From: Octopus sinensis
Taxonomy: Eukaryota
NCBI RefSeq assembly: GCF_006345805.1
Contig: NC_043003.1
Span: 24,490,001-24,554,000 of the forward strand
Direction: 5' to 3'
DNA: 64,000 nt
A program made the translations under genes and the position numbers. Below, piece by piece: positions 55,801-63,268 of the stretch. Position 1 is the stretch's first letter, and every line of letters starts with the position of its first letter. The notes under the pieces are model-generated. The model worked only from the letters and a program-made list of their open reading frames with translations, had not been told where the DNA came from and searched no databases.

Positions 55801-58800
55801 TTTTTTTCTGAAGCTGTAATTGACTAAGCCAATCTGCTGCCCTTAATTTTTTAGCATTCAGACTATTCTGTCAAAAGTAATGCTTATTTAGTTATACTGT
55901 TTTGGGTTTATCATGCATTTTGAATGATGTAATTGTTTGCTTTTAGAATGACATTGTAGGATAGGTGTGAGAGGCCAGATCTGGCTGGTTTGAACTTAAA
56001 ACAGGTAGAACATTTGGGACAGATATGACCGGCTTAAACACCAAAGGGTTATGCTAGCCTAACCTGGTCAAAGTATTCTACCTGTTTTACATTCAAACTG
56101 GCCATGTCAAACTTCTCATACCTTCCCTACAATGTCATTCTAAAAATAAACAATCATCATCATCATCATCATTTACCATCCGTTTTCCATGCTAGCATGG
56201 GTCTGGGAAGCCAGGAGGCTGCACCAGGCTCTAGATCTGGCAGTGTTTCTACAGCTGGATGCCCTTCCTAATGCCAACCACTCCGTGAGTGTAGTGGGTG
56301 CTTTTTATGTGCCACTGGCACAGGTGCCAGGGGAGGCTGGCAACGGCCACAATTGGTTGGTGCTTTTTACATGCCACCAGCACAGAAGCCAGTGAAGGTG
56401 GCGCTGGCATTGGCCACATTCGGACGGTACTTTTTACGTGCCACTGGCACGGGTATCACAACTACGATTTCCATTTGATTTTTATTTTGATGTTGATATA
56501 CTCGACTCAATAGGTCTCCTCAAGCACAGCAGGTCACCCTACGATCCAAGGTAAGCATAGCAGGCCATCCTGCGATCCAAGGCACTTTGGATGGTCTGGG
56601 GCTGCTATGTGAAGCTGGTGCAGGAAATCATCAAAATCTCGAAGCTAAAAGATAATGCATGATAAGTCAGAAATGATGTAAAAAAATAAGCATTACATTT
56701 GACAATTTAAATAACAAAGGATTAAATAAATAATTGCTTCTGAATTAAACACAATGCCAGCAATTTTGAAGGGAGGGAATTTAGTCAATACTGTCGACCA
56801 AGTACTTAACTGGTACTTTATTTTATCAAACCCCAAAAGGATAAAAGTCAAAGTTGATCATCATGGGATTTGAACTTAAAACATAAAGTGTCCGATAAAA
56901 TAACACAAGGCATTTTGTTTGATGCTCTAACGATTCTGCCAATCCACTGTCTTTAAACAAATAATTAGAATAAAAAGAAAAAAAAAAAACAAGGGAGAAC
57001 TTACAATGAGAGACTGAGTTTCAAAGTTAATCCCTGTGATGCATAAGGTTTGGTGAGCTGTAGAAGAAATAGAGAAATAAAAAAATATTGAAATGGATTG
57101 TTCCAGACATAGCTAAACATTGACTTTACATACAATTTCAAAGACATTGTGAAGCTTGAATCATCAACATCATCATTGATTTACAGTGGAAGTGAAGAAC
57201 CTGTAGTCTTCTGAAAGAAATATGATGCTGAAGGAAAAATCAATATATTGGAATATAATTTTATGGATTCAGTCTTATGTAAAGCCTTTTTTTAAAAAAA
57301 AAACTAATTGGGAAATTTTAGAAACATCTATTAACATTTCTTATCTACATTTGGAATTACTTTTTTTAAAACAATCACAATTGTGTTTGACCCTTAAGTA
57401 ATGAAAAAGGTTGCAAAGCAGGCAAAAAAAAATCTTTTCTCCTTAAAAGTAATTTTTATACTTATTTTCACCTTAATTAAGTACAGAAACTTAAAAAATG
57501 ATGTTTTAATTCACTTCTATATATATAAAACTCAACTTATGTGTCTGTGTGTTTAACTTCCCGGCACATCTCCTCCTAGCCAACAAATCGTAGAACCACC
57601 AAAAATGGGTCACTTAAAGTTTAGGCAAATGAAAATTGAACTGCGTTATTTCTGTTCCGAAATTCATCTCGCAAGTGCAAAAATCGATAATGTGTTTGTT
57701 TAGGCCTTATCCCATGCATTGAATAGTGAACTTTACTCAGTCAGCTGTTTGACGTGAACTGTGTTCACCACGCGTGCAAGCATGCGTAAATTGCATGAAA
57801 AATAAAAAATCAAGATATAAAAACGAATCGCCGTAAACATTGTAGAAATTCAACAAAGAAATGAATTTTCGGGATGTAGCCTGGAGGGTTTTTTCGTATT
57901 AATCATTTGGACTTTGTGAACACATACCAATTGTTTTCGTAACATTTTTAACACTTTGAATTAAATGTGACCATTTTGCGTTGAGTCTGCAGTTTGAATC
58001 ACTTTAACCAAATTTTAGGAGGCCGGATTTTTGATCATCACGACTCCCTGAAACTCTCCCCTGAAATCCCCGTTGAGAAATACTGATCTAAAAGAATAAT
58101 TCAACAATGCAATTATTTGATCAACAAAAATTTATGAAACGCTTCTACGTACTTCCTATTGAGGAAATGGAACACATAAGCGCAAAAATAGAGGTCATTA
58201 AATGCTTGATTTTAAAACCAAAATAATAGAATTTTGATTGAACTTCATCCAAGTTTAGCTTAATTCGCGCGTGCATATAACGCACGAGCCAGGCAATACT
58301 GCTAGCAGATTATAAAACTAAAGACAAAAGGGCAATAAAATCTTTTGAGATTCCCGCAATGTTGCTGTCGAAAGAATGTACAAATGGAGAAAAACTATAG
58401 TCGAAGCATCACTTCTGTGCTATCTAGAACATCATCATCATCCTCATCATCAACATTATCATCTACTTCATCTGATGAAGGAAAGTCAGAAAAACTTCTC
58501 CATCACAGTATAAATTCTTCAATTTGCAACTTGATTTTTCCCATTTATAAGGACCATAAATTATGCTTAGGCAAATTTGAAAGTTGTGCACCTAGTCTGG
58601 AGGAAATAGTTATGAACAAAGTCTGGAAGAAGCAGCTGTGCATCTAGTCTGGAGAAGAGGCTGTGTAAATGATCTAAAGGGATTGTGCACCTAGTCTAGA
58701 GGAAGGGGTCATGCATCTGGTCTAGAGGTGCACAGGCCCTTCATCTGAATTCTGAGAATTTTCTCCCTCTATCAACTAATAGGCTGGTGCTGGTTCCATG

Positions 58801-60957
58801 AAAAAAAATCACATGCCGATGCCACGTAAAAAGCACTCAGTACACTTTGCAAAGTGGCTGGCATTTGGAAGGGCATCCAGCTGTAGAAACCATGCTAAAA
58901 CAGACAAGTGGAGCCTGATGCGGATCTCCGGCTTGCCAGCTCCTGTCAAACCATCCAACCTATGTAGGCGTAGAAAATAGATATATGATGATGATACAAT
59001 CTTCACTCTTTTACTTGTTTCAGTCATTTGACTGCGGTCATGCTGGAGCACCGCTTTTTGTCAAGCAAATCGACCCCAGGACTTAGTCTTTGTAAGCCTA
59101 GTACTTATGTTGTTACGGGGACGTAAACACACGACCATCGGTTATCAAGCGATGGTGGCGGGACAAACACAGACACACAAACATATATATAAATACATAT
59201 ATACGACAGGCTTCCTTCAGTTTCCGTCTACCAAATCCAGTCACAAGGCTTTGGTCAGCCTGAGGCTATAGTAGAAGACACTTGCCCAAGGTGCCACGCA
59301 GTGGGACTGAACCTGGAACCATGTGGTTGGTAAGCAAGCTACTTACCACATAGCCACTCTTGTGTCTATCATAATGATTTTTTTGTTTTGTTTTAGTTGT
59401 ATATATTAAAAAAAAACAGTTTGTAACAAGAAGAAAAATTTCTAACATAAAGACAAGACCACAAATACCAAGAGATATTAACGATGATTTATAAGGTAGC
59501 GAATCAGTGTCAGGTACATTGTCTCACAGTATTCATTCCAGGTGTGTTCAAATACCACCAAGGTCAACTTTGCCCATCATGCTTTTAAGGTTTATAAATA
59601 AAGTACCACTCCACTACTAGGATAAATTCTTCCCTCCCACCTCTCTTTCTGGAAGAAATCAGCCATAGAGTCACAGTCAGACCAAGTGAGAGATGAGCCT
59701 CACCAGGTACAAAAATATCCAAGATGATCTATGCTATGATGGCACCGCTAGCCATGGCAGCTGAAACCAGTTCAAGAAGGTTATGGTTGATATGACACCA
59801 CAGATGGAACCATTCTGCAGGTGAAAACTAATTCAGTCTTTGCTGCTCTAGTCAAGCAAAGTGGGGGGAATGCTTGTGACACTGAGATACCTACTAAAGA
59901 TACAAAAGGGTTTCCAAAATTGCAATAGCTTTAGTGACCATCAGAAAAGCTTGCAATATCTTCAAGTAGCTACTGCAGTTTCTGCATACGACAAAATATC
60001 TTGGTACTATTTAAGAAGAGTGGTCCCGATGCGCGCACTCGCGCGTCCGCGTTGGCTAGTCGTGACTAGTCGATCCTTACTTTGTGTTTTATTTACTGTT
60101 TTAAAAAACGTATTCACTTGTGTAAAAAAATTATTTATTTTGTGTTTTATTTACTTTGCTAGGTAGTCGTTGTAGGAATGATTGGTCACGACTAGCTACC
60201 GCGGATGCGCGAGTGCGCGCACCGGGATCACTCTTCTTAAATAGTACCAATATCTTAGATGTTTATTTTTCCAGATTTTGAGAGCACATAGCAAAACATA
60301 ATGGATTACATCTCAGTACTTTATTAGTATTTATTTACTGACTTCCAGAGGGGAAGAAAGGCAAAATCGACCTCGTTGGGATTCGAACTCGGAACTTTAC
60401 AGAGAGTAAACTTGTTTAATTAAATGTGGTGGTCTACCTATTCTACCACCCACTAATACAAAAAAGTGAGAAAGATCAACATGATTTGCACATGAGGAGT
60501 GGCCGCTCCATCAACAACATGAATAACATTAATTAGTTATTGATCAATTATTCAAACACTTAGCAGCTTGAGTTTATGGATAATGAAAGAGTATACAACA
60601 GAGCATATCTGTCTCTAAGTAGTGCAGTGGAAGTTTATTAGCCGGCTCCGTGCTGAATAATCAAATTACACGACAAATGTAAACAAGAATAATGTCGTCA
60701 AAGTTTGGATTCTTTCAACTAAAGCACAAACGATCGCGTCAGTAATGCTCTCTTTACTCTCTTTTACTTGTTTCAGTCATTTGACTGCGGCCATGCTGGA
60801 GCACCGCCTTTAGTCGAGCAAATCGACCCCGGGACTTATTCTTTGTAAGCCCAGTACTTATTCTATCGGTCTCTTTTTCCGAACCGCTAAGTGACGGGGA
60901 CGTAAACACACCAGCATCGGTTGTCAAGCAATGCTAGGGGAACAAACACACACATAT

Positions 60958-61027
<70 letters not shown>

Positions 61028-62225
61028 TACGATAGGCTTCTTTCAGTTTCCGTCTACCAAATCCACTCACAAGGCATTGGTCGGCCCAGGGCTATAGCAG
61101 AAGACACTTGCCCAAGGTGCCACGCAGTGGGACTGAACCCGGAACCATGCGGTTGGTTAGCAAGCTACTTACCACACATCCACTCCTGTGTTATTCTGAA
61201 AGGAATGATTACTTCAACATCAGATATTACTGATAAATCACAAGAGATTAAAAATACCCCTTGACCAAACAGATTAAGTTGATGAACTATGCAGGGCACA
61301 CGCGGAAACAGCTGTTTCCGTTGAGAGTTTATCATTAGATTGATAGATTATCGGCATTCTTTCTCTCTATCAACTTAAGTATATACGCATAACTACACAA
61401 GTGTGCCCCTCGACTTAGACCTTGTTTTTATGAAAAACAGAGTATAGAAGGGTGTTAAATTGTTTGTAATTTACTATAACTTTGTAGCATAGCTGATATC
61501 CTCACTGTTTGGGAGATATATTAGAAATGATCTCGTGTTATCTAACACGAGATCATTTCTAATATATCTCCCAAACAGTGAGGATATCAGCTTCGCTACA
61601 ACTTCAAAACTTGTCTCGAGACGCAAGCTTAATGTAAAATAGTAAACAAGAAGATTGCAAATGTGATCTATAGTCAATGATACAGACTCATGATAAAGTG
61701 TATGATTTGACGAGAAGGAAAGCAGCAAAACAGTTAAGATTCAAAACTGAGAATACACATGAAGGGGAAGACGAAAACACTGCAGAAAACACTCTAGTTG
61801 AATCCTATGTATATTGATAAAATGCTTTAACTATAGATGTACTTTGTTTATGCTTTCGATTTTATGTGTATTTAATCAAATAATTACAAATATACAGTAT
61901 GGGTTATCATACTGGAAATTTTTGATCAGGTAACCCTTACATCGAGCAACATTTGAGGTTTTTGAATCACAATGCTTAGTTATAACATAAAACATAATGA
62001 AAATTATACTCGATGCATGCACGTCTTGTTACGTCGACCAGTTTACAAACAGATACTAAACATCGTGATTATTTAAGATGTATGCATTATACACGTATCT
62101 CTGTAGATTTATTTTCATAATTGGATTTTACTACAGTGCTTGTTACTGATATATCTAGTTGAATACATACATAGTTTAAATTGCCGTGGTGGCTCGGTCT
62201 TGGATTCTTTCTTCGATTTCTGCAT
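1370..62225 (-). CDS. TAF2: TFIID subunit 2 (TAF2/TAFII150), spliced gene, 28 coding exons in window, 3' end off the left edge
   Basis: Exons assembled by eye give a colinear match to metazoan TAF2 (e.g. [99 protein letters not shown]). All introns read GT..AG with compatible phases; 3357 nt open. Confidence 0.97.
2094..2395 (+). mobile_element. tRNA-derived SINE (family D)
   Basis: A box tggcccagtgg and B box ggtttcgattccc, followed by a non-tRNA body. Confidence 0.7.
2697..2796 (-). CDS. TAF2: TAF2 exon 27 ([33 protein letters not shown])
   Basis: HDxRLRCG motif; cag/GTAAGT. Confidence 0.94.
3302..3703 (+). mobile_element. tRNA-derived SINE family A (internal TA/TG microsatellite)
   Basis: ggagtggctgtgtggtaag..ggttcagtccc head and tgactgaaacaagtaaaaga end; more than 15 copies in the window. 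Confidence 0.85.
3723..3827 (-). CDS. TAF2: TAF2 exon 26 ([34 protein letters not shown])
   Basis: Within ORF 3719..3910; cag/GTAAGA. Confidence 0.94.
3956..4025 (-). CDS. TAF2: TAF2 exon 25 ([22 protein letters not shown])
   Basis: Matches LQWLLNMIQNDPVPYVR; cag/GTAAAT. Confidence 0.9.
4708..5100 (+). mobile_element. SINE family A
   Basis: Same head and tail as the 3302 copy. Confidence 0.85.
5150..5289 (-). CDS. TAF2: TAF2 exon 24 ([29 protein letters not shown])
   Basis: Within ORF 5076..5300; cag/GTGAGT. Confidence 0.95.
6520..6840 (-). mobile_element. RTE-3'UTR-derived repeat (family B)
   Basis: (CAT)n + ttccatgctagcatggg.. matches the reverse complement of 28140-28342; further copies near 5557, 12500, 17142, 23342, 47226, 48634, 50901, 55307, 56153 (-) and 31735, 42650, 43722, 50600, 58800 (+). 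Confidence 0.85.
7105..7221 (-). CDS. TAF2: TAF2 exon 23 ([38 protein letters not shown])
   Basis: [13 protein letters not shown] motif; cag/GTTAGC. Confidence 0.94.
7458..7969. mobile_element. Tc1/mariner-pogo-type MITE
   Basis: TA flanks; degenerate TIR ccataaatcctcaagtata / tatactcaaggatttacaa. Confidence 0.6.
8163..8248 (-). CDS. TAF2: TAF2 exon 22 ([28 protein letters not shown])
   Basis: SDNYYRA motif; cag/GTAAGT. Confidence 0.94.
8964..9074 (-). CDS. TAF2: TAF2 exon 21 ([37 protein letters not shown])
   Basis: KYNDN motif; cag/GTAAGT. Confidence 0.95.
10645..10785 (-). CDS. TAF2: TAF2 exon 20 ([28 protein letters not shown])
   Basis: WxGPPAM motif; tag/GTAAGA. Confidence 0.95.
11270..11570 (+). 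mobile_element. Decayed RTE-X-like LINE C-terminal fragment
   Basis: [37 protein letters not shown] resembles the RTE/RTEX C-terminus. Confidence 0.5.
11707..12025. mobile_element. hAT (Charlie-like) MITE
   Basis: CAGTGGTTCTCAAC..TGAGAACCCCT termini; perfect 8-bp TSD CTATAAAC. Confidence 0.85.
12074..12293. mobile_element. piggyBac-like MITE
   Basis: TTAA TSDs; CCCTTTTGTTACC / GGTAACGAAAGGG termini; sibling at 54851-55069. Confidence 0.85.
12345..12464 (-). CDS. TAF2: TAF2 exon 19 ([40 protein letters not shown])
   Basis: Within ORF 12333..12521; aag/GTAAGT. Confidence 0.94.
13360..13492 (-). CDS. TAF2: TAF2 exon 18 ([24 protein letters not shown])
   Basis: Within ORF 13315..13503; tag/GTAAGT. 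Confidence 0.95.
13731..16668 (-). mobile_element. 5'-truncated CR1-group non-LTR retrotransposon (APE + RT ORF2), frameshifted
   Basis: [18 protein letters not shown] and SDH endonuclease motifs; [23 protein letters not shown]; CR1-like C-terminus TRGH..FFTLRV..WNKLP; frameshifts near 16485 and 14590; short 3'UTR hairpin and (ATT)n tail. Confidence 0.92.
16669..16968 (-). mobile_element. SINE family A, split by the CR1 insertion
   Basis: The missing 3' piece (gactatggccatgctaga) lies at 13709-13726 on the other side of the LINE. Confidence 0.72.
17012..17077 (-). CDS. TAF2: TAF2 exon 17 ([21 protein letters not shown])
   Basis: Near-identical to TAF2; cag/GTAAGA. Confidence 0.95.
18168..18277 (-). 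CDS. TAF2: TAF2 exon 16 ([36 protein letters not shown])
   Basis: QELDGSF and CHSKSRR motifs; cag/GTGAGT. Confidence 0.95.
18675..19900 (+). mobile_element. Non-autonomous Helitron with a nested piggyBac-like MITE
   Basis: A|TCtagtttatataaat 5' end; ccatccaaaagacggg hairpin then CTAG|T. Confidence 0.62.
19647..19867. mobile_element. piggyBac-like MITE, second family
   Basis: TTAA|CCCTTTAG...CTAAAGGG|TTAA; related copy at 42414-42930 is interrupted by RTE-UTR sequence. Confidence 0.82.
20108..20226. repeat. Imperfect (TA)n microsatellite; others at ~970-1003, 28341-28380, 48388-48427, 60954-61029
   Basis: Direct inspection. Confidence 0.9.
20314..20428 (-). CDS. TAF2: TAF2 exon 15 ([38 protein letters not shown])
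   Basis: FNRKRN motif; U12 branch TCCTTAAT upstream; donor GTAAGT. Confidence 0.95.
20537..20609 (-). tRNA. tRNA-Val (anticodon AAC), atypical; possibly a pseudogene
   Basis: GGTTCCATGGTGTAGTGGTTATCACATCTGCTTAACACGCAGAAGGTCGCGAGTTCAAAACTCGCTGGAACCT: perfect 7-bp acceptor, 5-bp anticodon and 5-bp T stems, A and B boxes, T5 run shortly downstream. Confidence 0.8.
20905..21325 (-). mobile_element. Decayed RTE/BovB-like LINE C-terminal fragment
   Basis: Reverse strand reads [23 protein letters not shown].. and [17 protein letters not shown], resembling RTE WxGHVxRM..LP and the terminal CCHH finger; contains stops. Confidence 0.6.
21521..21582 (-). CDS. TAF2: TAF2 exon 14 ([20 protein letters not shown])
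   Basis: GKDIQP..QWV motif; U12-type donor GTATCCTTT. Confidence 0.93.
21767..22077 (-). mobile_element. Penelope-type non-autonomous element with tRNA-like head and hammerhead-like core
   Basis: Inverted terminal copies; direct repeat ctgttttaaagt at 21755-21766 and 22075-22086; A/B-box segment 22016-21948; GACAC-CTGATGA-AGGCTG..CAGCC-GAAAC-ATT-GTGTT at 21868-21823. Confidence 0.68.
23124..23216 (-). CDS. TAF2: TAF2 exon 13 ([31 protein letters not shown])
   Basis: VFNKLL motif; cag/GTAAGT. Confidence 0.94.
25430..25786 (+). mobile_element. Older RTE 3' fragment
   Basis: [27 protein letters not shown] followed by a related 3'UTR and gatgatg tail. Confidence 0.7.
25851..26247 (+). mobile_element. 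Non-autonomous Helitron
   Basis: A|TC 5' end, CTAG|T 3' end, subterminal hairpin cccgagcaacgccggg, no TSD. Confidence 0.85.
26423..26623 (-). CDS. TAF2: TAF2 exon 12 ([30 protein letters not shown])
   Basis: Overlaps ORF 26213..26620; tag/GTAAAG. Confidence 0.94.
26742..27160 (-). mobile_element. SINE family A
   Basis: Reverse-complement copy. Confidence 0.8.
27195..28342 (+). mobile_element. RTE-clade LINE 3' fragment with tandem-repeat 3'UTR and (GAT)n tail
   Basis: [26 protein letters not shown] is the RTE C-terminus; followed by ~60-bp repeats and a (GAT)n tail; (TA)n on both sides. Confidence 0.88.
27600..28180 (+). repeat. ~60-bp tandem repeat, about 9-10 units alternating between two variants
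   Basis: Recurrent cacgtaaaagcacc(a/g)tccg at ~60-bp spacing, with one shortened unit near 27860. Confidence 0.9.
28612..28848. mobile_element. Palindromic element (~100-bp arms), Penelope-like family; related copy at ~282-437
   Basis: tattgtgtctggggagagtcattttc... and its reverse complement ...gaaaattactctccccagacacaata. Confidence 0.75.
30010..30109 (-). CDS. TAF2: TAF2 exon 11 ([33 protein letters not shown])
   Basis: FGxNEYR motif; cag/GTAAGC. Confidence 0.94.
30436..30849 (-). mobile_element. Tandem dimer of tRNA-derived SINE family C (Meta-domain-like)
   Basis: Two consecutive copies of gaaaggatgaaaggcaaagtc..gaatttgaactc; only the right copy keeps the GGCGAGCTGGCAGAA head. Confidence 0.8.
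31735..32198 (+). mobile_element. RTE-3'UTR-derived repeat (family B)
   Basis: gcacgtaaaaagcacc units, aggaagggcatccagc core, (GAT)n tail. Confidence 0.85.
32652..32765 (-). CDS. TAF2: TAF2 exon 10 ([37 protein letters not shown])
   Basis: AQQFFG motif; cag/GTAAGT. Confidence 0.94.
33941..37397 (+). mobile_element. CR1-group LINE (partial ORF1 + APE + RT), decayed
   Basis: ORF1-like [13 protein letters not shown]; APE YTN, ITETWL, GDFN, SDH; [22 protein letters not shown]; frameshifts near 35315 and 36030, stop at 36345; (TAAC)n tail 37366-37397. Confidence 0.92.
37916..38135. mobile_element. mariner-type MITE, degenerate
   Basis: aagttcctgg...ccaggaact inverted ends, ending cctcata. Confidence 0.45.
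38901..40662 (+). mobile_element. Cluster of three SINE family A copies (~38901-39271, 39916-40290, 40302-40662) around an RTE-UTR fold-back
   Basis: Repeated family A head and tail motifs. Confidence 0.8.
41540..41658 (-). CDS. TAF2: TAF2 exon 9 ([29 protein letters not shown])
   Basis: Within ORF 41536..41757; cag/GTAAGT. Confidence 0.95.
44582..44684 (-). CDS. TAF2: TAF2 exon 8 ([34 protein letters not shown])
   Basis: Near-identical to the TAF2 motif; cag/GTAAGT. Confidence 0.95.
45225..45642 (-). mobile_element. Tandem dimer of SINE family C
   Basis: Same structure as 30436-30849; monomers near 43152-43380 (-) and 6009-6225 (+). Confidence 0.8.
46134..46255 (+). mobile_element. Short fold-back remnant of the same Penelope-type family
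   Basis: cagttctata..tacattatttaca..ggatatttgtcctcatc with its inverted copy; flanking direct repeat agaagtttgca (46123-46133 and 46256-46266). Confidence 0.7.
47657..47851 (-). CDS. TAF2: TAF2 exon 7 ([29 protein letters not shown])
   Basis: Within ORF 47653..47880; tag/GTAAGT. Confidence 0.95.
49016..49420 (+). mobile_element. SINE family A
   Basis: Full-length copy. Confidence 0.85.
49611..49752 (-). CDS. TAF2: TAF2 exon 6 ([34 protein letters not shown])
   Basis: HFVVP motif; cag/GTGAAT. Confidence 0.94.
49804..50214 (+). mobile_element. SINE family A
   Basis: Full-length copy. Confidence 0.85.
51414..51532 (-). CDS. TAF2: TAF2 exon 5 ([39 protein letters not shown])
   Basis: DPDAGNGE motif; cag/GTTAGT boundaries. 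Confidence 0.94.
52236..52326 (-). CDS. TAF2: TAF2 exon 4 ([30 protein letters not shown])
   Basis: U12-type branch TTCTTTAAC just before acag; donor GTAAGT. Confidence 0.93.
52327..54035 (-). other. U12-type (minor spliceosome) GT-AG intron 3 of TAF2
   Basis: Donor GTATCCTTT (54035-54027); branch TTCTTTAAC (52344-52336) ending 9 nt from the intron end; no long pyrimidine tract between branch and AG. Confidence 0.88.
53430..53826. mobile_element. Merlin-like MITE with internal TTAGGG repeats
   Basis: GGATCTTTTCAGTTTGAACGGCAGTTTT TIR and its complement; flanks gtgaatgt/gtgaaggc (6/8 match); ttagggttaggg at 53531. Confidence 0.7.
54036..54108 (-). CDS. TAF2: TAF2 exon 3 ([24 protein letters not shown])
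   Basis: tttcag acceptor; U12-type donor GTATCCTTT; matches GFVELTI..KLNSKQ. Confidence 0.92.
54851..55069. mobile_element. piggyBac-like MITE (sibling of 12074-12293)
   Basis: TTAA flanks, CCCTTT..AAAGGG termini, similar body. Confidence 0.8.
57005..57057 (-). CDS. TAF2: TAF2 exon 2 ([18 protein letters not shown])
   Basis: ttctacag acceptor, GTAAGT donor; matches THQVVCINNINF. Confidence 0.9.
57516..58305 (+). mobile_element. Helitron-like element
   Basis: TCtatatatataaaactcaacttatgtgtctg start resembles the 25851 copy; cgtgc..gcacg hairpin and atactgCTAG end; flanks are not the canonical A|T. Confidence 0.6.
59025..59360 (-). mobile_element. SINE family A
   Basis: Reverse-complement copy. 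Confidence 0.8.
60003..60248. mobile_element. Merlin-like MITE with ~75-bp TIRs
   Basis: GGTACT...AGTACC termini; perfect 8-bp TSD AATATCTT. Confidence 0.82.
60752..61188 (-). mobile_element. SINE family A, CpG-rich (probably young) copy
   Basis: Reverse-complement full-length copy with an expanded (TA)n. Confidence 0.85.
61483..61600. mobile_element. 118-bp fold-back, Ginger-type MITE remnant
   Basis: TGT...ACA termini, 4-bp TSD ACTT, perfect 50-bp stem with a 2-nt loop. Confidence 0.72.
62171..62225 (-). CDS. TAF2: TAF2 coding exon 1 ([18 protein letters not shown])
   Basis: accATG start; PRQFKL matches TAF2 PRPYKL; donor GTATGT, phase 1. Confidence 0.85.
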
Positions 62226-63208
62226 GGTAAAAACCTAAATACCCGCCGGTATGGAAGTGAAATAGTTATACATATAGGATGATAATGGTAATAATAAACT
62301 CCAGATAAGCTGTGGCACATGTGAATAACAAACAACCGCTCAAGACAAAAAGTGTCGTTCGTTAATTGGCATAGCCTTAGTTTCGTAAAAGCCACATTTT
62401 CACACACATATATACATGTGTATATATAGTTTAATCTACCGTTTGATTCAGTTTTGGTGTTTTCACTTTTATTTTCTACTACATATCAGATGAAAAAAAT
62501 ATTTAAAAGGAAATTATGAAGAAAGTATTTTATCGAAAGAATTTTTAATTTCAGAGAAAATAAATATCGCATTCTCGTTTATTCTGTGGTAGAAAATATA
62601 AAAACTTTCCTAATTGTCCTTAAAATTGTGTCATTTTATAATAAGGACTAAATAGAAATTATTAGAATAACCATTTCAAAACAAAAAATGTCATGGAATG
62701 AAAATGGTTTTAATTTATTTAATTTAAATCATTTTGAAATTAAACCTGTTCTGTTGCTTTAAAAATTCCACGTACAGAAAATATCCAGTGCTTGGAAAAC
62801 TTTAAGCAACAGATAAACACACGCACATGTAACAATTAACATAATACATATACATATATATACAACTTATAAAAGTCTGCTGCTTTTGATTTTCTTTGCC
62901 ATTTAAATAATTATCAATTTAAACGTTTTATAAAATTTAAATATGCATATATATTTTTTCAAGCTAATTAAAATTATGAAATGTGTAAGGCGAATATTTT
63001 GCAACTAGCTTTGCTAAGTGTACATTGTGATTTCGACGTTGACAGCTCAGCAAATGTAGCAGTGAGTGTGGCAGGCGGCTTCGCGATTTCCTTGCTGTTT
63101 AAATGTCTGTTTTTGCTGTTTTATTTAGTTTATGCCACTGCTTAGGAAAGCTGTTTTAGTTTGTAACATTTTATTCTAGCTGTGATTAGTTTAAATTCAC
63201 CTGCCACA
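62226..63208. promoter_or_regulatory. Divergent (head-to-head) promoter and 5'UTR region shared by TAF2 and ARFGAP1
   Basis: 983 bp between oppositely oriented start codons, with no recognisable copies of the SINEs that fill the rest of the window; TSSs not determinable from sequence. Confidence 0.65.
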
Positions 63209-63268
63209 ATGGCTAGTCCGCGAACCAGAAGAGTCTTGAAAGATCTCCGTATAAAGGATGGAAATACT
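63209..63268 (+). CDS. ARFGAP1: ARF GTPase-activating protein 1, first coding exon (MASPRTRRVLKDLRIKDGNT); gene continues past the right edge
   Basis: gccacaATGG context; MASPRTRxVL is the characteristic ArfGAP1 N-terminus; GTAAGA donor after codon 20. Confidence 0.9.

Noticed and set aside
3335-56513. Many 60-140 aa ORFs sharing motifs such as [11 protein letters not shown] and [20 protein letters not shown]
   Set aside because: Chance translations of SINE and RTE-UTR copies, not a protein family
58345-58647. 100-aa Ser-rich ORF in intron 1
   Set aside because: Driven by (TCA)n low complexity, has a non-ATG start, and shows no recognisable homology or splice support
62087-62407. 106-aa ORF over TAF2 exon 1
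   Set aside because: Different frame from the conserved MQKS..PRQFKL reading; no recognisable homology
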